A stretch of 64,000 nt of DNA from a virus (lineage: Duplodnaviria; Caudoviricetes): positions 32,001-96,000 of the IMG/VR virus record IMGVR_UViG_3300034053_000029, one strand, 5' to 3'. The notes under the pieces were generated by a model, which was given only the letters and a program-made list of their open reading frames with translations, did not search any database and was not told the DNA's origin. Shown here piece after piece: positions 59,680 to 64,000 of the stretch. A program made the translations under genes and the position numbers. Within the stretch, counting starts at the first letter, position 1. Each line of letters opens with the position of its first letter.

Positions 59680-59967
59680 CTACTTAGCGTTTTCGAACAA
59701 CTTTTTGTTAGCTATTGATTTTACTATGTTTTCTAGCTTTTCTGCGTACTCTGCGAGAGAAGAAAAGTCTTTTTGAACCGATCTTGACAGGTCGCCATGA
59801 TTTGTGATATCAGAATTTGTGCCCAAAACAGGTCTTTTGGGAACCTCTATAGAGTATTCCTTATACACAGGTCTATCTGCACATGGGTCTTTTGGCGGGT
59901 CTTGTGTAGTTGCACACCCAACCAAAACCAACGATAATAATATAATTTTATTCACTTTGCATTCCAT
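59680..59967 (-). CDS. o-spanin (Rz1-like lipoprotein)
   Basis: Lipobox LVGC, Pro-rich; follows the i-spanin. Confidence 0.7.
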   Translation of the reverse strand: MECKVNKIILLSLVLVGCATTQDPPKDPCADRPVYKEYSIEVPKRPVLGTNSDITNHGDLSRSVQKDFSSLAEYAEKLENIVKSIANKKLFENAK

Positions 59968-60323
59968 CGTTCTGTAATGTCAATCACAACAGATTTTAGT
60001 TCGACCATCGAATCTGGACACGAAACTGGTACTGGTTTATTATTCCACCAATCTTTTCGCAATTTCTCATATTGGGTAGAAACTGCTTGGTTTTTTCCAT
60101 TGGCAATATCAAGCTCTCGTTGAGTTGTCAAGAACTTCGACTCAGCTTCCTTGAGGGATTCGTTTTGTGATTCTATACGATCCGCAAGTTCTTTGTTTTT
60201 AGATTCCCACAAGATTTTCTGAGATTCAAGAACTTCAATCTTAGAAGACTGAATCTTTATGTATGCACCAATACCGGCAACAATTGCGGCTATGGCAATA
60301 TAGAGGTAGATTTTATTGAACAT
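59952..60323 (-). CDS. i-spanin (Rz-like)
   Basis: N-terminal TM helix, coiled coil, C-terminal Cys. Confidence 0.7.
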   Translation of the reverse strand: MFNKIYLYIAIAAIVAGIGAYIKIQSSKIEVLESQKILWESKNKELADRIESQNESLKEAESKFLTTQRELDIANGKNQAVSTQYEKLRKDWWNNKPVPVSCPDSMVELKSVVIDITERWNAK

Positions 60324-61260
60324 GATTTATTTAATGCTGCACGAAGTTTTCTGGAACGCTTTTCGTTTGATGCTTTATAATCAGATTGAATTGATGCCGA
60401 CATTGGAGATATTGCATTTGCTACTTGTCCTGCAAAATTTCCGTCCTCAACAATCATAGATATTTCTTCAACAATATATTCTTCGGTGTGATCAAGATAG
60501 TATTCAAAATGCTCTATGAATAATTCATCATTCTTTGCAAGCAAACATTCTCTCATTGCAGAGTATGCAGCACCAACGGCAGGTAGCATTGCTTTATTTG
60601 ATATCGACCAGTTAGTAAAATTTGATGACGGCATATTCTTACCAAGATAATATTGCCCTGCAGAGGATGGTAATACCCAATTAGTACCTCTACCGGAAGT
60701 TTTTAATAGGTCTTTAACTCGTAACACGAGAGTATGAAACATATTAAAAAACTTGGTCTCATTTGAGTTTTGTGGATTTCGTTTTACGTTCCCATTGGAA
60801 TCAATTATACCAATCCTACATGCTTCCCACTGACTAATTGGAGTAACTAGGTAATGAATGAATCGTTGTGCCGTCAGATTATCAATTACAGTTTGATCCA
60901 CTATATTCCCCTAAGAAATTCAACAAAATCCCAATCCAAATCGATTGATGTCATATCAATATTTATATCCATCGGGAGATAATTAAGGAATGTTGCAACT
61001 GTTTTTATATATGTGTAATGATTTTCCGGAAGTTTATGAAGTAAAATCACAGTTCCGGCCTTTGGGTCGAACACGTTATAGAACATCATAAAATTGTTTA
61101 GGAGAAGTTGATAATTAATATCTTCTCCAATCAATTTTCGGTTAATTAATTTCTTGATTCTTAGTGTTAAGTTAAAATCATTCGTAAACTCTTCCGCAGT
61201 TTTGCAAGAAGGGTTGTTATAATGTTTTATCGCATAATTAAAAAGTTCACTGTCAGTCAT
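60290..61260 (-). other. Two conserved T4-like hypothetical late genes (60290..60901, 60901..61260)
   Basis: LGIID..G-like motif; YAIKHYNNP...LLLNNF motif. Confidence 0.6.
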
Positions 61261-61263
61261 TCA

Positions 61264-63175
61264 TTAGACTACTATAGACGCAAGATGTAAGCTAAGAACG
61301 ATCCATTTTCCACCAACGTATTTGAATTTTGCACTTGACCCGATAGAGGTAAGTGTAACTTTGTCAAACCCTAACGTAGATGCCGGATCAATATATGCTT
61401 TTGCTCCATTGTTAGAATACCACATGATAATTGTTTTCTCTTGCCCGTTTGTTCCTGCACCTAAAATATACGTTTGATCGGTTGTCACAGAAACCAAAGT
61501 AGTATCATTGTCTGCAGTAATCGTTAATCCACCATCTGCATCATGTTTTAGGTTATATTGTCCAACCATAACTCCAGATTGTGCGGCAACCAATGATACG
61601 GTTGGAGTATCTGGAATTACTGCAACTGGATTTTTTCCAACTTGCATTGAACCATAAACGTGCAATTGTTGTTGTGGATCGTCGGTTCCTATTCCAACTT
61701 TATTTGTCGTAGAGCCAACGGCAGAAAAAATGACAGTACCATTATTTGTAACTTTTAATTTGTTTCCTTGAACATTGAAATCAAAATCTAATGAAGATTT
61801 CATCCCATTGAATAATGTGGCAAGGGATACCTTTTTTGACGATGTTCCCTGAATAACCAAAAATAATTCCGAACCAACCGTGGTTGCTAATGATGGCAAT
61901 TGAGATATTTTTACGCTAGGCAATTGTGACTCCTTTGCTACCTTTAACATACCAATATCCAGATACATTCTTTAGGTAAACAGTATTTCCTGTTTGATTG
62001 AATGTGATGGTGGTTACACCAACACCAGAAGTAACGGTAAGCGTACCTGTATATGATGGCGTCATGGACTTAACGACTATTTCTTTTTCTAAGCCATGAG
62101 TTCCTGCCGCAAGTGTTAATGTGATGTTACTTGAAACCGCAGTATCGATTATAGTTGTTTTCGTGGTTAGTGAAATTACACCACTAGCAATAGTTTCCGG
62201 AGTATCCTTAACTACTGGAGAGACAGGAATATTCGAGAACAATACTGAACCCGAAACTTTTCTAGTCTCTCCACCTTGAACCATAATGAAGGTGTCTGCT
62301 GCTGCCACCGTAGTAGCAGCAGTTAACTCAGATATTTTACGATCAGTCATTTATTAAGCTAGAATAATTCCAGTTACGTCTTGACCAACCCAGTTTGGTG
62401 TCACAGCATTTCCACCAATATCCGTGATCGTAGCGCCGTTAGCATCATGAGTTACAGAAACTATTTGACCTGCAGCAGAAACTGCAGCATTGTTCTGATA
62501 CTCATACACTAAACGATTTGGATTAGACTTTAATGGATCATAAACTGCATATTCAGTAACACCAGAACCGAAGTTGAGAATTGCAATTCTTGGTGTGCCA
62601 GATACCGACAATGACTCATTTGACTCTAGGACAAAACGTAGGATTTCGGCATTAGCGTATGTCTTATCTGCTGGAAGAGTATATGTAATAACTGGTGCTG
62701 TTGTACCATCATTGCTTTGTGATTTTGACAAACCAAAACGCACCGCAGATACGATAGTGTTTGGTGTAGTTGCACGACCACTCAAACGACCGGAAGTAGC
62801 AACTTCAAATCCACGATCAGTTAATGTATATGTGTATGCAGTAACGATTTTCTTCGTACCATCGGCAGCATCAATTCTCTTTAGCTCATTTGTATATGCC
62901 AATGAAGTAGCGGTCATTGCTGCAGCAGCAGACTTGTTAAACACAAGTGCACCAGACCAAGTTGAAGGCGCACCAACGGCTCCCTTTACTTTGATCTTGT
63001 TATTTACAGTATCAACACCGGATACTCTGCCGAAACCACCACCTGCAGAAGTTACCTTCTCACCAACTTGAACATCTGCCAAGTTTGCGGTAGTTCCACC
63101 TACGGTAAGTGTTGCGAATAAATCTGCTGGTGCTTTAAAGTTCGCAGCAGTCGTTGAAAGATTTTGTTGTGACAT
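61264..63175 (-). other. Three putative virion structural/fibre genes (61264..61968, 61916..62350, 62354..63175)
   Basis: KISELT/KISQLP starts, Thr/Gly/Ala-rich beta-strand composition, VGIGT motif. Confidence 0.65.
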
Positions 63176-63195
63176 AATTACTCCTTTTGTTTTTA

Positions 63196-63961
63196 TTATT
63201 TAGTGACGGACTTAACGATGCCAAGAACTCTCGATGGTTGTTCAACTTTAGCATTCACATATTGTTCAAGTTGAATCGCTTTTCTATAAGCAGACTTGAC
63301 AGTGGCATCAAATGTGAAATTGGTTCCTTCGGCAATAATTGTATCCTCATCAAGAATGAGATATTTGTGAGTATTGCCTTCTTTAATGATTTCGATTTTC
63401 CAGTTGTCCATTTGAATGTCTTCCTTCTTATATTTTTGATTTCCTCTTAAACTATAATCCAATGCACCATGAATATTTGATGCTTTTGATTTTGCTAGTT
63501 TGTGCGCTTCACTTGTTGTTTTTTGTTGGGCGATTAAATTACGACCAATATTAACTACACTATGAACATCTGGATGTGATTTTTCAGTCACACCTGCTTT
63601 ATGGAGTTCTCCTACAATACCAGAATGCCATGTATCGGCATATTCTTGTGGTGTGATAAGGTTTTTTGGAAGTAAGTGAAATGCCAACTTTGCTAATACG
63701 TTGGCAACACCTTCTTCCAATTGTGAAGATTGATTAGTCATTTTTATTTTCCTGACTGACGAAACTCTCTTCATATGCCTCTTTCAACTGTCCAAGAGTA
63801 AATGAAGCTATGACATTTTCATGCATACGTTCATGATCCTTCATGGCAATTTTAGCGGCACCTTGTTTACGATATCCAGTTAATTCATTTCCATCTTTAC
63901 CTTTAACGATTACACCAAGATGATCAACAACTGAGAACCCTTTACCTGGGATCATAGTCAC
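63196..63961 (-). other. Two hypothetical late genes (63196..63774, 63734..63961)
   Basis: ORF track; consistent strand and spacing. Confidence 0.55.
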
Positions 63962-64000
63962 GGAGAATCTTTCATGATTGATTGCAGGACCATGTTGTGC

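Noticed and set aside
376-63450. Many plus-strand ORFs of 60-165 aa overlapping minus-strand genes (for example 3248, 13526, 14132, 62574)
   Set aside because: These are antisense shadows of well-supported genes, with no RBS or recognisable motifs
1-64000. CRISPR array, retron or diversity-generating retroelement
   Set aside because: There are no regularly spaced repeats and no reverse transcriptase motif; the repeats seen are promoters, leaders or paralogous genes
1-64000. Alternative genetic code (stop-codon reassignment)
   Set aside because: Core genes are intact in the standard code and use TAA, TAG and TGA as stops; no suppressor tRNA was found

Overview
This is a 64-kb segment of a large T4-like (jumbo-type) lytic phage genome, almost entirely transcribed on the minus strand. 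No capsid or terminase gene falls in the window; the assignment rests on T4-type rnh, dsbA, gp61 primase, gp5.4, Rnl1 and (T/G/C)ATAAATA late promoters. From left to right it holds: (1) 0-20 kb, an array of small early ORFs with several paralogous microprotein families, Rnl1 RNA ligase, a MoxR AAA+/vWA pair, a nucleotidyltransferase and a phosphoesterase, driven by repeated sigma70 promoter cassettes; (2) 21-26 kb, late His/Lys-rich proteins with putative T4-style capsid-targeting N-termini, including a methyltransferase-like pair; (3) 26-40 kb, a translation island with RNA-repair-type enzymes, a circularly permuted two-piece tmRNA, 24 tRNA genes (every amino acid except Val), tRNA fragments, several unexplained structured RNAs, a probable ROOL/GOLLD-class large RNA split by an endonuclease gene, and a short ArfA homologue; (4) 41-64 kb, core replication, nucleotide, lysis and structural genes. 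Seven free-standing homing-type endonuclease genes of three folds are scattered through the window. Six of them carry one of two covarying structured leaders right after a late promoter. All family assignments come from motif recognition by eye, not from database searches.
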